This document shows, piece after piece, positions 33,942 through 45,445 of a DNA stretch of 63,991 bases; the stretch's first letter is position 1, and each line of letters starts with the position of its first letter. The notes under the pieces were generated by a model, which had not been told where the DNA came from, ran no database searches, and saw only the letters and a list, made by a program, of their open reading frames with translations. A program made the position numbers and the translations under genes. The DNA comes from Patescibacteria group bacterium (GTDB lineage: Bacteria; Patescibacteriota; Microgenomatia; JAMCZE01). The DNA is taken from NCBI GenBank assembly GCA_023485845.1, contig JAMCZE010000014.1, forward strand, positions 1 through 63,991, in the 5' to 3' direction.

Positions 33942-34862
33942 TTGAAGAAGGTTTTTTTAGCGGTGGGGGTGGTGGTTTTGGCTGCGGCCGCTGGTTTCTT
34001 CTGGTGGACCATTTCCGTTTCTCCGGTTAACTTAGCGGACAACAAAACCCAAACCTTTGTGGTGGCCAAGGGTGACGGAGTTCGGGAAATTGCCAAGAAC
34101 CTCAAAGACTCTGGCTTAATTCGCGATCCGGTGGCCTTCTTTCTGCTGGTGCGTTTCCAACTGAATAACGGCAAGGATATCCAGGCGGGCACTTTTAATC
34201 TTTCTCCTTCAATGCCGGCGGCTGAGATTGCCAACTCGTTAACAATTGGTTTGGATGACATGTGGATTTTAATTCCTGAAGGCTGGCGCAGCGAAGAAAT
34301 CATCACCTATTTGCAAAGCGTCGGGGTGAGCGGTGATCCCGGCAATTGGAAGGCCGATGAGGGCAAATATTTCCCCGCCCGCTACTCGGTGCCCAAGACG
34401 ATCACTATGGCCGGGGTCAAAACCCTGATGCGCCAGACGTTTGACCAGAAAACGGCCGGGTTAAACGTTGATGAAAAAACTTTAATTCTTGCCTCGCTGG
34501 TGGAGCGGGAAGCCAAAACGGAAACAGACCGGCCGATTGTGGCCGGAATTCTTGAGAATCGTCTTGCCGCCGGGATGCCGCTGCAGGTTGACGCGACGGT
34601 CCAATACGCGGTGGGCAAGACCGGGAACTGGTGGAAAAGAGATTTAACTCAGGAAGATTTAGACATAGTCTCGCCGTATAATACCTATCTTAATTCCGGT
34701 CTGCCCCCGGCGCCGATTTGCAACCCCGGTCTCTCTTCGATCAAAGCGGCTCTTTCCCCGGCTAAAACTGACTATCTCTACTATCTCACCGATTCTTCCG
34801 GCGTGATGCACTACGCCAAAACCCTTTCTGAACATAACCAAAACGTGGCAAAATATCTATGA
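33942..34862 (+). CDS. mltG: Endolytic murein transglycosylase MltG (YceG-like)
   Basis: TTG start directly after the upstream stop. TM anchor, then ILENRLAAGMPLQVDATVQYA and SPYNTY..GLPP.PI.NPG. Confidence 0.85.
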   Translation: MKKVFLAVGVVVLAAAAGFFWWTISVSPVNLADNKTQTFVVAKGDGVREIAKNLKDSGLIRDPVAFFLLVRFQLNNGKDIQAGTFNLSPSMPAAEIANSLTIGLDDMWILIPEGWRSEEIITYLQSVGVSGDPGNWKADEGKYFPARYSVPKTITMAGVKTLMRQTFDQKTAGLNVDEKTLILASLVEREAKTETDRPIVAGILENRLAAGMPLQVDATVQYAVGKTGNWWKRDLTQEDLDIVSPYNTYLNSGLPPAPICNPGLSSIKAALSPAKTDYLYYLTDSSGVMHYAKTLSEHNQNVAKYL

Positions 34863-34960
34863 CCGACTTTGAATTCCATTATCGTCTGGCAGGAGTAATA
34901 TCGCTAATCTTTTTCATCGGTTTTGGTCTGTTTTGGTATTTTTTTGTTGAGTGATAAGAA

Positions 34961-35695
34961 ATGAGCACGGGATTGCCAAGTAACATAAAGACGGCGCGGG
35001 AGGAAGCCATTGCCATCGCTGATCCCCGATTTGAAGGCGCGGATAGAAGGGACGTGGTTTTTCTTCTAACCTGTGTCAATTTGGCCCGAGCCGCACTTCG
35101 CGACCGACCGAACTTCAATGGTTTTTACGGATATGCCGTTAATAACCAAGAGGAGCTTTTATTACTAGCTCGGCAGTTTGACCAGGCGATTGGGGGATTT
35201 AACCAAACAGCCGGCAGCAGTGTTGATCCCAAATTTCAAAACACTTTGGCCGAGCGGGCGGAAGATAAATTAGGACCGGCGGGGACGATTCCGCTTTTTT
35301 TGGGCAACGGCGTCGTTAAGTCAAAAGAGGCTTTAACTCAGCTTTCGGCCGGTGAGAAAGCCCTAAGAGCCCAGGGGCAGTTTATGAAAAATAGTGAGCG
35401 GGCCATCAATGACCCTGAGTTTCTACAGGAAATTACCGAGAGCGGTGAATGGTCCCGAATTCATCTCACTGCCATCGATTTCAAGCATTTTCTGGCAATG
35501 TTTATCATCGATCTCTACCCAATGATGTTACAAAGAACAGGCCAATACCGAGAGATGGATTCGGACGAGTTAGTCCGAGCCCTGTGCGAGCAGCTTGATC
35601 CCAAAAGCGAATGCTTCCGGCTAATTAGAGATCAAGGATGGATCAACGAGTCTGAATTCTCAAAAAAGTTTGTTGATGAAACTAAGAGACGTTAA
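34961..35695 (+). CDS. Hypothetical protein (244 aa)
   Basis: Intact ORF. No motif recognised. Confidence 0.5.
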   Translation: MSTGLPSNIKTAREEAIAIADPRFEGADRRDVVFLLTCVNLARAALRDRPNFNGFYGYAVNNQEELLLLARQFDQAIGGFNQTAGSSVDPKFQNTLAERAEDKLGPAGTIPLFLGNGVVKSKEALTQLSAGEKALRAQGQFMKNSERAINDPEFLQEITESGEWSRIHLTAIDFKHFLAMFIIDLYPMMLQRTGQYREMDSDELVRALCEQLDPKSECFRLIRDQGWINESEFSKKFVDETKRR

Positions 35696-35701
35696 TACGT
35701 C

Positions 35702-35758
35702 TTGACAAATTTAATGTGACCTGATATATTTAATGTGCAATGACATATTTAATGACTG
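35702..35758 (+). promoter_or_regulatory. vapBC promoter with three 19-nt-spaced TTTAATG direct repeats (operator-like)
   Basis: TTGACA (35702-07), 17 nt, TATATT (35725-30). TTTAATG occurs at 35710, 35729 and 35748. Confidence 0.45.
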
Positions 35759-36012
35759 TGACTTCCCAAGGGCAAATTAGCATTCCCGCAGTGTTGCGTC
35801 GGGATCTCAACATTAAGGCGGGGCATACTTTGACTGCGAACAGGACCAGTGACGGCGGGATTCATATAAAGCCAGTTATTGATCTTCTCGAACTTGGCGG
35901 GCTTTTCAAAACTAAAAAGAAATTCACTTCCCAAGAAATTAGAGAAGGGTTTGGTCAATATATGGCCAAGAGGCATCTCAAAAATAGGCCATTTCCGCAT
36001 GTTTCTCCTTAA
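35740..36012 (+). CDS. vapB: AbrB/SpoVT-type antitoxin (VapB-like)
   Basis: VTSQGQISIPAVLRRDLNIKAGHTL looped-hinge-helix motif. The stop overlaps the vapC start. Confidence 0.75.
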   Translation: MTYLMTVTSQGQISIPAVLRRDLNIKAGHTLTANRTSDGGIHIKPVIDLLELGGLFKTKKKFTSQEIREGFGQYMAKRHLKNRPFPHVSP

Positions 36013-36389
36013 TGAAAACTTATTTTATCGACACTAATATCTTCTTGCGTTTTTTTCTCAAGGATGTTCCAGCGCAGTTTGTCAAAGCCAGGGAATTTTT
36101 TGAAGAAGCCAAAAGAGGAGAATGTAAAATTATTGTCTGCCAGGCGGTAATTTTTGAGATCGAATTCGGCCTAAGAAAATATTATGGCCTTGACAAGAAA
36201 GATATTGTCCAGATGATCGGGACAATTTTAAATATGCCTTATCTCGAAACTGAAGACTGGCAAATTTTCCAGGAAGCATTAGTTTTATATGCAAATAAAA
36301 ACTGGGATTTGGTTGATTGTTTTTTGACCGTCAAAGCAGATCAGGCGAAAGCAGAGGTCCTAAGTTTCGACAAGAAAATTAAAAAATAA
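36012..36389 (+). CDS. vapC: PIN-domain ribonuclease toxin (VapC-like)
   Basis: YFIDTNIFLRFF (first acidic residue), 125 aa, paired with an AbrB-type gene. Confidence 0.8.
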   Translation: MKTYFIDTNIFLRFFLKDVPAQFVKAREFFEEAKRGECKIIVCQAVIFEIEFGLRKYYGLDKKDIVQMIGTILNMPYLETEDWQIFQEALVLYANKNWDLVDCFLTVKADQAKAEVLSFDKKIKK

Positions 36390-36397
36390 TCTGCCCC

Positions 36398-36425
36398 TTG
36401 CGTTCTGGGAATTTTCTGGTAGAAT
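36398..36425 (+). promoter_or_regulatory. Putative rpoB promoter
   Basis: TTGCGT, 16 nt, TAGAAT. Confidence 0.4.
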
Positions 36426-36450
36426 TACTTTCATCTTAATAACTTTTTAG

Positions 36451-36483
36451 GCGAACATGTTGTGGGTTCGCTTAAGTTTTTTT
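36451..36483 (+). terminator. Leader hairpin plus T-tract immediately upstream of rpoB (attenuator-like)
   Basis: GCGAAC-n9-GTTCGC followed by TTAAGTTTTTTT. It ends 7 nt before the ATG at 36490. Confidence 0.4.
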
Positions 36484-36489
36484 GTCCCG

Positions 36490-39400
36490 ATGCCAAAAAA
36501 AACCGCAAAAGTTACTGACAGACTTTACTGGGGTAAACATTACCCCGACCTTCCCCCGCTTAATTTCATTGCTATCCAGCAGGAATCCTACCAAAAATTT
36601 CTTCACGAAACTATCGGCGAACTGATTGCCGAAATTAACCCCATCTCCGATTTCACCGGCAAAAACTGGGAATTATCTTTAGGTCAATATTCTTTCGGCA
36701 AATCAAAATACACCGCTGCTTCGGCGGCTCTTAAGGGCGTCACCTATGACATGCCGATTCGCATCCAGGCCCAGCTTCTCAACAAACAAACCGGGGAAAC
36801 GACCAACCAGGAAGTCTTTTTTGGCGAAGTGCCGGTGATGACCCCGTCCGGGACGTTTATCATTAACGGCATTGAGCGGGCAGTCATTAATCAACTGGTG
36901 CGCTCGCCCGGCGTTTACTTTTTGGGTGATGTTGATCCGGTCACCGGCCGGCTGCTGCATTTTGCCGAGGTCCGGCCGCTGCGAGGCAGTTGGTTGGAGT
37001 TTAATATTTCCCGCAGCAACGTCATTTCCGTCCGGGTGGACCGGCGGCGCAAGTTCCCGATCACCACTTTTTTGCGCGCCATCGGCATCGGCTCCGATGA
37101 GGAAATTAGAAAACTTTTTGCCGAGGTGGATCGGCCGGGAGACGACTCGTTTATTGAAGCCACTATCAAAAAGGACACCACCCACGGTTCAGCCGAGGGA
37201 GCGATGGAGATTTATAAGAAGATGCGCCCCGGGGAGCCGGTGGTTTTGGAAACGGCTTTAGATTTCATTAATAATCTTTTCTTTAACGTCCGCCGCTATA
37301 ATCTGGGCCGGGTCGGCCGCTATAAGATTAACAAACGTCTCGGGCTGACAATTGAGAATAAGCCGGAAAACTTTGTTCTCACCCGGGAAGACATTGCCGC
37401 CACGATTAAATACCTGATTCGGCTGCAAAAAGGCGACGCCGGCACCTACACCGACGACATTGACCATCTGGCCAACCGCCGGCTGCGCCGGGTGGGTGAA
37501 CTGGTCGGCAACGTGGCTTTTCGCGACGGGCTGCTGCGTTTGGAACGGGCCATTAAAGAGCGCATGTCCTTGCTGGATCCCAAAACCCGGGTGATGCCTA
37601 ACCAGGTGATTAACGCCCGGCCGATCATCTCCACCATTAACGAGTTTTTCCGCACCTCCCAACTCTCCTCAATTCTGGATCAGACTAATCCCCTGCAGGA
37701 AGTGGACAATTTGCGCAAACTAACGGTGATGGGGGTCGGTGGGATTTCCCGGGACCGGGCTAGTTTCTCGATTCGGGACATTAATTCCAGCCAATACAGC
37801 CGGATTTGCCCGGTGCGTTCCCCGGAAGGGCCAAACATCGGTCTGGTGACTTTTCTTAGCCTTTATGCCCAAGTGGATGAGTATGGCTTTTTGCTGGCGC
37901 CATACCGCAAAGTGGCCCACGAAAACGGCAAAGTGCGGGTGACCAATGAGATCGTTTATCTGGCGGCCGATGACGAGCGGGATTATAAAATTACTCACGC
38001 GGGGGTGGCGGTGGATGACCGGGGCTTTCTAACCGACGCCCGGGTGCCGGTCCGGCTTAAAGGGGAGTTCGTGGAAGTCCCCGCCAATGAAGTGGACTAT
38101 ATTGACGTGGTCCCCCGGCAAGTGGTTGGCAGCGCCGCCGCTTTAATTCCGTTCTTGCAGCATGATGACGGCATTCGGGCCCTAATGGGCTCCAATATGC
38201 AGGGCCAAGCCGTGCCCTTGGTTACCCCCCAAGCGCCGATTGTCGGCACCGGGATGGAAGCGGACATTGCCCGGGCGATGGGTTGGGTGGTCACCGCCCG
38301 CCACGACGGCCAGGTGATTTTTGCCGACGGTAATAAAGTGGTGGTGAAACTAAAAAGCAAGCCGGACAAGACGGAGCCGGCGGCCAGTGATGAGCGGGTG
38401 AAATTGGCCGGAGATTTGGAAACCTACTTTGTCACTAAGTTCTACCGGACTAATCCCAATGGCGCTTGCTATAGCCAACATCCACTGGTTAGCGTCGGTG
38501 AGTCGGTGAAGAAAGGCGACGTGCTTATTGATGGGCCGGCGGCCGACCACGGGGAATTGGCGCTGGGAACAAACCTGACAATTGCCTACATGCACTTTGA
38601 AGGATTTGGTTATGAGGACGCGATTATTGTTTCCGACCGGCTGGTGCGCGAGGATTTGCTGACCAGCATTCACATTGAAGAATATGAGTGCGAAGTGGTG
38701 GACACCAAACTGGGGCCGGAAGAGCTGACCCGGGACATTCCCAACGTTGGCGAGTCGGACCTGGCCAATTTGGATGAGGGTGGCATTGTGGTGGTGGGCG
38801 CCTCGGTTGGCCCCAATGATATCTTGGTCGGCAAGATTGCTCCCAAGGGGGAAACAGAACTGTCGGCGGAAGAGCGGCTGCTGCGGGCGATCTTCGGGGA
38901 AAAAGCCCGGGAAGTGCGCGACACATCACTGCGCATGCCCCACGGGGAGCACGGGATTGTTATCGGTGTTAACATTCTGGATAAGTCCGCCGGTGATGAA
39001 TTGTCCCCGGGAACCAATAAACTAATTAAGATCCAGGTGGCCCAGATCCGAAAGATTTCTGTGGGGGACAAAGTGGCGGGTCGGCACGGCAACAAGGGGG
39101 TCATCAGCCGAATTGTGTCGGCCGCCGATATGCCCCATTTGGCCGACGGCACCCCGATTGACATTATGATTTCTCCCCTGTCTGTTTTGGGCCGGATGAA
39201 TTTGGGCCAGCTGCTGGAAACCCATCTTGGCTGGGCGATGCAAAACGCCGATAAGAAGGTGTCTGTGCCGGTTTTTGAACAGATTCCCGAGGATTGGATC
39301 ATTAAAGCCTTGACCGGGGCCGGTTTGTCTGCCACCGGCAAAAGCGTGGTTTATGACGGGCGCACCGGGGAACCGTTTGGCCAGCCGGTGGTGGTGGGCA

Positions 39401-39849
39401 CGGCCTACATTTTGAAGTTGATCCACATGGTCGAGGACAAAACTCACGCCCGCTCGACCGGACCGTATTCGCTGGTGACCCAGCAACCATTGGGCGGCAA
39501 AGCGCAAATGGGTGGCCAACGGCTTGGGGAGATGGAAGTTTGGGCGCTGGAAGCGCACCGGGCGGCCTATACGCTTCAAGAAATGCTGACGATTAAATCC
39601 GATGATGTCATCGGCCGAGCCAAAGCGTTTGAATCCATTGTTAAGGGAACGGATATTCCTCAGTCCACCGTGCCGGAATCGTTTAAAGTGCTGGTGAAAG
39701 AACTGCAAAGCCTTGGTCTTTCTGTCACCCCCACGGAAGTGGTGACGGCACCCCAGGCGGAGGCGCCGGAGTCGGAGAAAGTGGAAAAAGAAGTGGCGGA
39801 GATGGAACAGGTGTTAGAAGCCAAAGTGGAGGAGGAAAAGCATGAATAA
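36490..39849 (+). CDS. rpoB: DNA-directed RNA polymerase subunit beta
   Basis: Full-length conserved beta-subunit blocks (e.g. GRHGNKGVIS, KSDDV.GR). The start is MPKKTAKV. Confidence 0.97.
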   Translation: MPKKTAKVTDRLYWGKHYPDLPPLNFIAIQQESYQKFLHETIGELIAEINPISDFTGKNWELSLGQYSFGKSKYTAASAALKGVTYDMPIRIQAQLLNKQTGETTNQEVFFGEVPVMTPSGTFIINGIERAVINQLVRSPGVYFLGDVDPVTGRLLHFAEVRPLRGSWLEFNISRSNVISVRVDRRRKFPITTFLRAIGIGSDEEIRKLFAEVDRPGDDSFIEATIKKDTTHGSAEGAMEIYKKMRPGEPVVLETALDFINNLFFNVRRYNLGRVGRYKINKRLGLTIENKPENFVLTREDIAATIKYLIRLQKGDAGTYTDDIDHLANRRLRRVGELVGNVAFRDGLLRLERAIKERMSLLDPKTRVMPNQVINARPIISTINEFFRTSQLSSILDQTNPLQEVDNLRKLTVMGVGGISRDRASFSIRDINSSQYSRICPVRSPEGPNIGLVTFLSLYAQVDEYGFLLAPYRKVAHENGKVRVTNEIVYLAADDERDYKITHAGVAVDDRGFLTDARVPVRLKGEFVEVPANEVDYIDVVPRQVVGSAAALIPFLQHDDGIRALMGSNMQGQAVPLVTPQAPIVGTGMEADIARAMGWVVTARHDGQVIFADGNKVVVKLKSKPDKTEPAASDERVKLAGDLETYFVTKFYRTNPNGACYSQHPLVSVGESVKKGDVLIDGPAADHGELALGTNLTIAYMHFEGFGYEDAIIVSDRLVREDLLTSIHIEEYECEVVDTKLGPEELTRDIPNVGESDLANLDEGGIVVVGASVGPNDILVGKIAPKGETELSAEERLLRAIFGEKAREVRDTSLRMPHGEHGIVIGVNILDKSAGDELSPGTNKLIKIQVAQIRKISVGDKVAGRHGNKGVISRIVSAADMPHLADGTPIDIMISPLSVLGRMNLGQLLETHLGWAMQNADKKVSVPVFEQIPEDWIIKALTGAGLSATGKSVVYDGRTGEPFGQPVVVGTAYILKLIHMVEDKTHARSTGPYSLVTQQPLGGKAQMGGQRLGEMEVWALEAHRAAYTLQEMLTIKSDDVIGRAKAFESIVKGTDIPQSTVPESFKVLVKELQSLGLSVTPTEVVTAPQAEAPESEKVEKEVAEMEQVLEAKVEEEKHE

Positions 39850-42800
39850 ACCGCAAGACAACATGAATAATATCTTGGATTTCAAAGGGCTTAAGATCAG
39901 CCTGGCTTCCCAGGCGGACATCCTCTCCTGGTCTCATGGGGAAGTCACCAAGCCGGAAACGATTAACTACCGCACTCTTAAGCCGGAAAAGGATGGCCTT
40001 TTTAGCGAAAATATTTTCGGCCCGACCAAAGACTGGGAATGTTATTGCGGCAAGTATAAGCGCATCCGCTATCGGGGAATCATTTGTGACAAGTGCGGCG
40101 TGGAAGTGACCCAGAGCAAAGTCCGGCGCGAGCGGATGGGCCACATCACCCTGGCGGTGCCGGTAGTCCACATCTGGTATTTCAAAGGCGCCCCGTCAAA
40201 GCTGTCATTGCTTTTGGACCTGTCGCCCCGGTCGCTAGAGAACATTATCTATTTTGCTTCTCATTTGGTTCTTTCTGTTGACGAGGGCCGGCGGGACAAA
40301 GCGGTTGACCAGCTGAAAAAAACCATGGCCGATCGGCAGGAAGCGATGGAAAAAGACTTCCAGACAAAATTGGATGCGGCTAAGGCTGAAGAGCGTGACA
40401 AAAGAGAAGAGCAGCGCAAACGGGTAAAAGATAAGGACCAGCTAAATCTGGTGCTCTCTGAAATTGAACTGGCGGCCAAACAAAAGATTGCCAAAATGGA
40501 ATCGGACTATAGCCTGGAGAAAAACCGGCTGACCGAAATCTATCGGACGTTGTTGGATTTAGTAAAAAGCGTTGGGCCAGTCACTGAACTAACGGAAGAT
40601 GAATACCTAAAACTGCTGGAATATGACGCCTCGGACTTTATCCGGATGGGGATGGGGGCAGAGGCCATTTTGGAAGTTCTCTCTAAAATGGATTTGGAAA
40701 AGATGGCGGCCGATTTGCGCCAGGAAGTGGCCCAAGCTTCCAGCCAGCGCAAGATTAAAGCGACTAAAAAATTGCGTTTGGTCGATGGGCTACGCCGGGC
40801 CGGTGTCCGACCTGAATGGATGGTCATGTCCATCCTGCCGGTGATTCCCCCGGATTTGCGCCCGATGGTGCAGCTTTCCGGCGGCCGGTTTGCCACCTCC
40901 GATCTCAATGATCTTTACCGCCGGGTAATTAACCGCAATAATCGGCTTAAGCACTTAATGGACCTGGGCGCCCCGGAAATTATTTTGCGCAACGAAAAAC
41001 GGATGCTTCAGGAAGCGGTGGACAGCCTGATTGATGCCACCCAGCGGACATCCGGCCGGGCTGCGGTGGCAGAGCTTAAGAGTTTGTCCGACATGCTGCG
41101 GGGCAAACAGGGACGGTTCCGCCAAAATCTTTTGGGAAAACGGGTGGACTATTCCGGCCGGTCGGTGATTGTCATTGGCCCCCATCTGCGCCTTAATGAA
41201 TGCGGCCTTCCCAAAGAAATGGCTCTGGAAATGTTTAAGCCGTTTGTGCTGCGGGAACTAATTGTGCGGGGCGTTGCTCCCAATGTTCGTTCAGCCAAAG
41301 TGGTGCTGGACCGGCGCACCCCGGAAGTGTTTGATATTCTGGAGGAAATCACCAAGAACCATCCGGTCCTGCTTAACCGGGCGCCGACACTGCATAAACT
41401 GGGCATCCAGGCTTTCTTTCCGATACTAATTGAGGGGTCGGCCATCCAGGTGCATCCGCTGGTTTGCGACGGCTTTAATGCCGACTTTGACGGGGACCAG
41501 ATGGCGGTTCATGTGCCGCTGTCCAGCCAGGCCAAATCGGAATCACTTAATCTGATGACGCCGCAAAATAATTTGCTCAAGCCGGCGGACGGCAGCCCGG
41601 TGTCGGCCCCGCGCAAGGAAATTATTTTGGGAATTTATATCTACACGTCCATTGACGAAAAAATTTCCCCGTCGGCCGGGATCTTTGCCGATTTTGCTGA
41701 AGCGGTTCTGGCTTTCCAGGAAAAGAAAATTGCCCTGCGGCAAAGAATTAAAGTCCAAAACGGCAAGGAAATATTGGAAACCACTGTGGGCCGGATTTTA
41801 ATGAATGAATCTCTGCCCAAGGGTTTGCCGTTTATTAATGAATCGCTGACCACCAAGAAAGTCCGGGCCTTAATTTCTCAAGCCTTTGACACCATGAGTT
41901 CGGAGGAAGTGATGGGGATGTTGGACACGTTCAAAGCCGTCGGCTTCACCGGGGCCACCGAGCCGGGCATTTCCATGAGTATTTTTGACTTGGCGATTTA
42001 CGGCGATAAGGACAAAATTATCGGCGAGTCGGAAACCGCGGCGGCGGAAGTGGAAGGCAACTACAAAAACGGGTTAATTACCGAGGAGGAAATGCATCGA
42101 TTGCAAATTGACATCTGGATGGAAGCGACAGAGAAGATTTCTGATTTGACTTGGGAAATGTATGACAAGGATAACCCGGCCCGCTTGATTGTTGATGCCG
42201 GTGCCGGCCGGGTGAATCGGGACACGGTCAAACAGATTTCCGGAATGCGGGGGCTGATGAACGATCCCACCGGCAAGATTGTTCCCATGCCGACCAAGTC
42301 CAATTTCCGCCAGGGCTTTAACGTTTTTGAATACATCACCGGAACGCGGGGCACCCGCAAGGGATTAGCGGACACCGCGCTGCGCACCGCCGACGCCGGA
42401 TATCTCACCCGCCGGTTGGTGGACGTTTCCCATGATGTGATTATTAGATTAGCCGACTGCGGCACCACTGACGGTTTGGAAATTGGTAAAGCGGACAAAC
42501 GGGGCAGCCCATTTAGCCAGCGGGTCCTAGGCCGAATTTTGGCGGCGGATGTAAAGTCCGGAAAAAAGACGGTGGCCAAAACTGGCGAAGAAATCACCGA
42601 CGAAGTCCTAAAGACCATTGAGAAAGATGAAGAGATTAAAAGCGTTATCGTCCGCTCACCGCTGACCTGCCAAGCCTCCTACGGTTTGTGCCAACTTTGC
42701 TATGGCCGGGATTTTTCCACTCGGAAACTGGTGGAGATCGGGATGCCGGTGGGTGTTATCGCTGCCCAGTCCATCGGGGAGCCAGGCACTCAATTAACAC

Positions 42801-43573
42801 TGCGGACGAAACACACCGGAGGAACGGTTTCCCAAGATGTGACCCAGGGCCTGCCACGGGTGGAAGAGATTTTTGAAGCCCGGTCACCAAAATTACTGTC
42901 ACCGATTTCCGAGATTGCCGGAAAAGTGGAAGTGACGGAAACAGCCGACGGCTTTAAGGTCCGGGTCCGCAGCCACGGAGTTAAGCCGGTGGAAGAGCGG
43001 GAATATATTATTCCCCTGACCTCGCAACTGTCGGTGGCCGACGGGGATCTGGTGGCCATTGGCACCCAGCTGGCCTCCGGCTATTTGGATGTTAAAGATG
43101 TGCTGGCAGCCCGGGGGCTGATTGGCGCCCAGAAATATCTGATCGAACAACTCCAGGCGGTTTATGAATCGCAGGGAATTCCCATTAACGATAAACATTT
43201 TGAAGTGATTGTCCGGCGGATGTCCGACAAAGTGCGGATCGAAACTTCCGGCGACACCATCTTTTTGCCGGGGGAGTTTGTGGACAAACCGCGCTTTGAA
43301 GAGGAAAACGCCCGGACCATTGCCGCCGGCGGCGAACCGGCCACTGCCCAGGTCACCGTTTTGGGCGTCACCCGCTCTGCTCTCTACACCGATTCCTGGC
43401 TGTCGGCCGCTTCTTTTGAGCGCACGACCGAGGTTTTGTCCGATGCGGCGATCCACTGCGCCCAAGACCATTTGATCGGGCTTAAGGAAAACGTTATAAT
43501 TGGGCGCCTCATTCCGACATCGCCAGAACGGGCCAGACTGGAGAGTTTGAATGTGCCGCAAATAACAAGTTGA
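39842..43573 (+). CDS. rpoC: DNA-directed RNA polymerase subunit beta'
   Basis: Zn finger CYCGKYK...[20 protein letters not shown] catalytic motif, 1243 aa. Confidence 0.97.
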   Translation: MNKPQDNMNNILDFKGLKISLASQADILSWSHGEVTKPETINYRTLKPEKDGLFSENIFGPTKDWECYCGKYKRIRYRGIICDKCGVEVTQSKVRRERMGHITLAVPVVHIWYFKGAPSKLSLLLDLSPRSLENIIYFASHLVLSVDEGRRDKAVDQLKKTMADRQEAMEKDFQTKLDAAKAEERDKREEQRKRVKDKDQLNLVLSEIELAAKQKIAKMESDYSLEKNRLTEIYRTLLDLVKSVGPVTELTEDEYLKLLEYDASDFIRMGMGAEAILEVLSKMDLEKMAADLRQEVAQASSQRKIKATKKLRLVDGLRRAGVRPEWMVMSILPVIPPDLRPMVQLSGGRFATSDLNDLYRRVINRNNRLKHLMDLGAPEIILRNEKRMLQEAVDSLIDATQRTSGRAAVAELKSLSDMLRGKQGRFRQNLLGKRVDYSGRSVIVIGPHLRLNECGLPKEMALEMFKPFVLRELIVRGVAPNVRSAKVVLDRRTPEVFDILEEITKNHPVLLNRAPTLHKLGIQAFFPILIEGSAIQVHPLVCDGFNADFDGDQMAVHVPLSSQAKSESLNLMTPQNNLLKPADGSPVSAPRKEIILGIYIYTSIDEKISPSAGIFADFAEAVLAFQEKKIALRQRIKVQNGKEILETTVGRILMNESLPKGLPFINESLTTKKVRALISQAFDTMSSEEVMGMLDTFKAVGFTGATEPGISMSIFDLAIYGDKDKIIGESETAAAEVEGNYKNGLITEEEMHRLQIDIWMEATEKISDLTWEMYDKDNPARLIVDAGAGRVNRDTVKQISGMRGLMNDPTGKIVPMPTKSNFRQGFNVFEYITGTRGTRKGLADTALRTADAGYLTRRLVDVSHDVIIRLADCGTTDGLEIGKADKRGSPFSQRVLGRILAADVKSGKKTVAKTGEEITDEVLKTIEKDEEIKSVIVRSPLTCQASYGLCQLCYGRDFSTRKLVEIGMPVGVIAAQSIGEPGTQLTLRTKHTGGTVSQDVTQGLPRVEEIFEARSPKLLSPISEIAGKVEVTETADGFKVRVRSHGVKPVEEREYIIPLTSQLSVADGDLVAIGTQLASGYLDVKDVLAARGLIGAQKYLIEQLQAVYESQGIPINDKHFEVIVRRMSDKVRIETSGDTIFLPGEFVDKPRFEEENARTIAAGGEPATAQVTVLGVTRSALYTDSWLSAASFERTTEVLSDAAIHCAQDHLIGLKENVIIGRLIPTSPERARLESLNVPQITS

Positions 43574-43577
43574 AAAG

Positions 43578-44027
43578 ATGCCAACAATTAATCAACTGAT
43601 TAAGAAAGGCCGAAAAAGCAAGGCAAAAAAAGTGCGGGCCACGGCCATGCACAAGTTTTTTAATGCCAAGGACCGGCAAATGAAAGAAATCCCTGCCCCG
43701 TTTAAACGAGGAGTTTGCACCGTGGTCAAAACCATGACGCCGAAAAAACCTAATTCCGCCTTGCGCAAAGTGGCTCGGGTCAGGTTGTCTAATAAGCAGG
43801 AAGTGACTGCTTACATCCAGGGGGTCGGCCATAGCCTGGCGGAACATTCCATTGTGCTGGTCCGGGGCGGCCGAGTTCGGGATTTGCCCGGCGTTAAATA
43901 TCACATTGTCCGGGGCAAGTTTGACACGGCCGGCGTGGCCGGAAGGATGCAATCGCGCAGCAAATATGGCGCCAAAGCTGGTGGGACTCCAGTTATTTCT
44001 CAAGCTAAAACTAATGCCCAGGTCTAA
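43578..44027 (+). CDS. rpsL: 30S ribosomal protein S12
   Basis: [12 protein letters not shown]..., [10 protein letters not shown]. The C-terminus is about 15 aa longer than usual. Confidence 0.95.
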   Translation: MPTINQLIKKGRKSKAKKVRATAMHKFFNAKDRQMKEIPAPFKRGVCTVVKTMTPKKPNSALRKVARVRLSNKQEVTAYIQGVGHSLAEHSIVLVRGGRVRDLPGVKYHIVRGKFDTAGVAGRMQSRSKYGAKAGGTPVISQAKTNAQV

Positions 44028-44478
44028 AACTATTATTAAGCGTGTCACAATTGCCGATCCGGTTTATAACAGCCGGTTGGTGACCAAGCTTATTAATAAA
44101 GCTATGCACGACGGGAAAAAGTCCGTGGCCGCCAAGCAGGTTTACGCCGCTCTGGAAAAATTTGAAGATCCGGCCAAAATTCTGGAAACGGTGATTGCCA
44201 CCATTGCCCCGAAGATGGAAGTGCGCTCCCGCCGGGTGGGTGGCGCTTCCTATCAGGTTCCCTCTGAAGTCCGGGGAGAGCGAAAAACCCATCTGGCGCT
44301 CAAATGGCTTCTGGAAGCGGCCCGCTCCCGATCTAACAAGGAGTTCCACACTTTTGCCCAAAAATTGGAAGTGGAAATGAAGGACGCCATGGCCGGCACC
44401 GGGGGCGCGATTAAAAAGCGTGACATGGTCCAAAAAATGGCGGAAGCCAACCGCGTTTTCGCACATCTTAAGTGGTAA
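44014..44478 (+). CDS. rpsG: 30S ribosomal protein S7
   Basis: [10 protein letters not shown]...DPVYNS..., [10 protein letters not shown]. The ATG at 44014 overlaps the rpsL end. Confidence 0.95.
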   Translation: MPRSKTIIKRVTIADPVYNSRLVTKLINKAMHDGKKSVAAKQVYAALEKFEDPAKILETVIATIAPKMEVRSRRVGGASYQVPSEVRGERKTHLALKWLLEAARSRSNKEFHTFAQKLEVEMKDAMAGTGGAIKKRDMVQKMAEANRVFAHLKW

Positions 44479-44642
44479 GTCTATAGCTTGGCTTGGTGGA
44501 GAATGTCCTTCATTACCGCCCTTGCTGTTTACGGCCTCGTCATACAAGCCGCTTAATTTCATATTTGTTCGTATGTTATTTGTTGCGGTCGCTGCAAGCT
44601 ACATACATCTCTTTTTTACCGGCATTTGCTAAAATAGCCGAG

Positions 44643-45185
44643 ATGGCAAATAAAATACCGGTGATTTCTATCTCACTGCCGGAGTACACTATTGATCACA
44701 AGCCGGACTATTCTCTTGGTGCCCGGGTGGATCAAGTTTTGAAAGATAAGTTTGACGTTAGCAGGATTCTCGTTCGGGCGATCAGTTCTTCCGACCACCC
44801 AAACTACACGCGTGATGAACTCGTTAATGTCATTTTACAAAACGGAACGGATAAATATGATCCAAATCGGAAAGGAGTGGCTCACGAGGAGTTTGCTCCA
44901 TATCATGCCGACATCCAAGCCGGACCATTCGGGGTTGATGAAAAAACCGGATCGATGTTCGGCGGCATCATGCGCAATTTCTATGAGAACGCTCCCATTG
45001 ATCGGGGTTATTCTTTGCGCATTGACATTCTGATTATTTATGACAAGGACCAATTTGTCCCGGCGGAAAAAATTGAGGCTGATAAACCCAGTGTTGATCC
45101 GCGCTTCGAGAAATTTCTCTTTCGGTTCAAAGACCCGGAACACAAAGTCAAAGCTCTATTGGATGTGGTAAAGATATTGGCCTAA
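44643..45185 (+). CDS. Hypothetical protein (180 aa) inserted between rpsG and fusA
   Basis: Intact ORF from ATG 44643. No motif recognised. Confidence 0.5.
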   Translation: MANKIPVISISLPEYTIDHKPDYSLGARVDQVLKDKFDVSRILVRAISSSDHPNYTRDELVNVILQNGTDKYDPNRKGVAHEEFAPYHADIQAGPFGVDEKTGSMFGGIMRNFYENAPIDRGYSLRIDILIIYDKDQFVPAEKIEADKPSVDPRFEKFLFRFKDPEHKVKALLDVVKILA

Positions 45186-45445
45186 TAGACTTCGTCGTGC
45201 GAACCAATGGTGATAAGGAGAATTCCTTCGGGGATATAGGTAAAAGAAACCCGCAGATTTTTCTCAATAGTAACTGCCCAGCATTCCCGCAGGTCACCTT
45301 TTAATTTATGAAGTCCCAGCGAGGGGTGGTTGGGAGCAATTTCCAACAGTTTTAACTTTTGTTGAACTTTATTTTTTAATTCCGGCCGTTTTTTAAAGAA
45401 TTTTTTTGATTTTTGGGCAAAGTAGCTTGAAGGAAACACTTTCAT
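45182..45445 (-). CDS. RelE/ParE-superfamily toxin
   Basis: ...HKLKGDLRECWAVTIEKNLRVSFTYIPEGILLITIGSHDEVY matches the RelE/YafQ-type pattern. Confidence 0.75.
   Translation of the reverse strand: MKVFPSSYFAQKSKKFFKKRPELKNKVQQKLKLLEIAPNHPSLGLHKLKGDLRECWAVTIEKNLRVSFTYIPEGILLITIGSHDEVY

Noticed and set aside
36703-43587. Many long ORFs antisense to or out of frame with rpoB/rpoC (e.g. 38670-39341, 39022-39708, 42061-42618, 42899-43561).
   Set aside because: They lie entirely within highly conserved polymerase genes. They have Arg/Gly/Pro-rich low-complexity translations typical of shadow ORFs, and no independent start or stop context.
43951-44027. S12 C-terminal extension considered as a frameshift or fusion artefact.
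   Set aside because: The frame is continuous through conserved S12 motifs and the extension simply overlaps the rpsG start. No evidence of an error is visible in the sequence.
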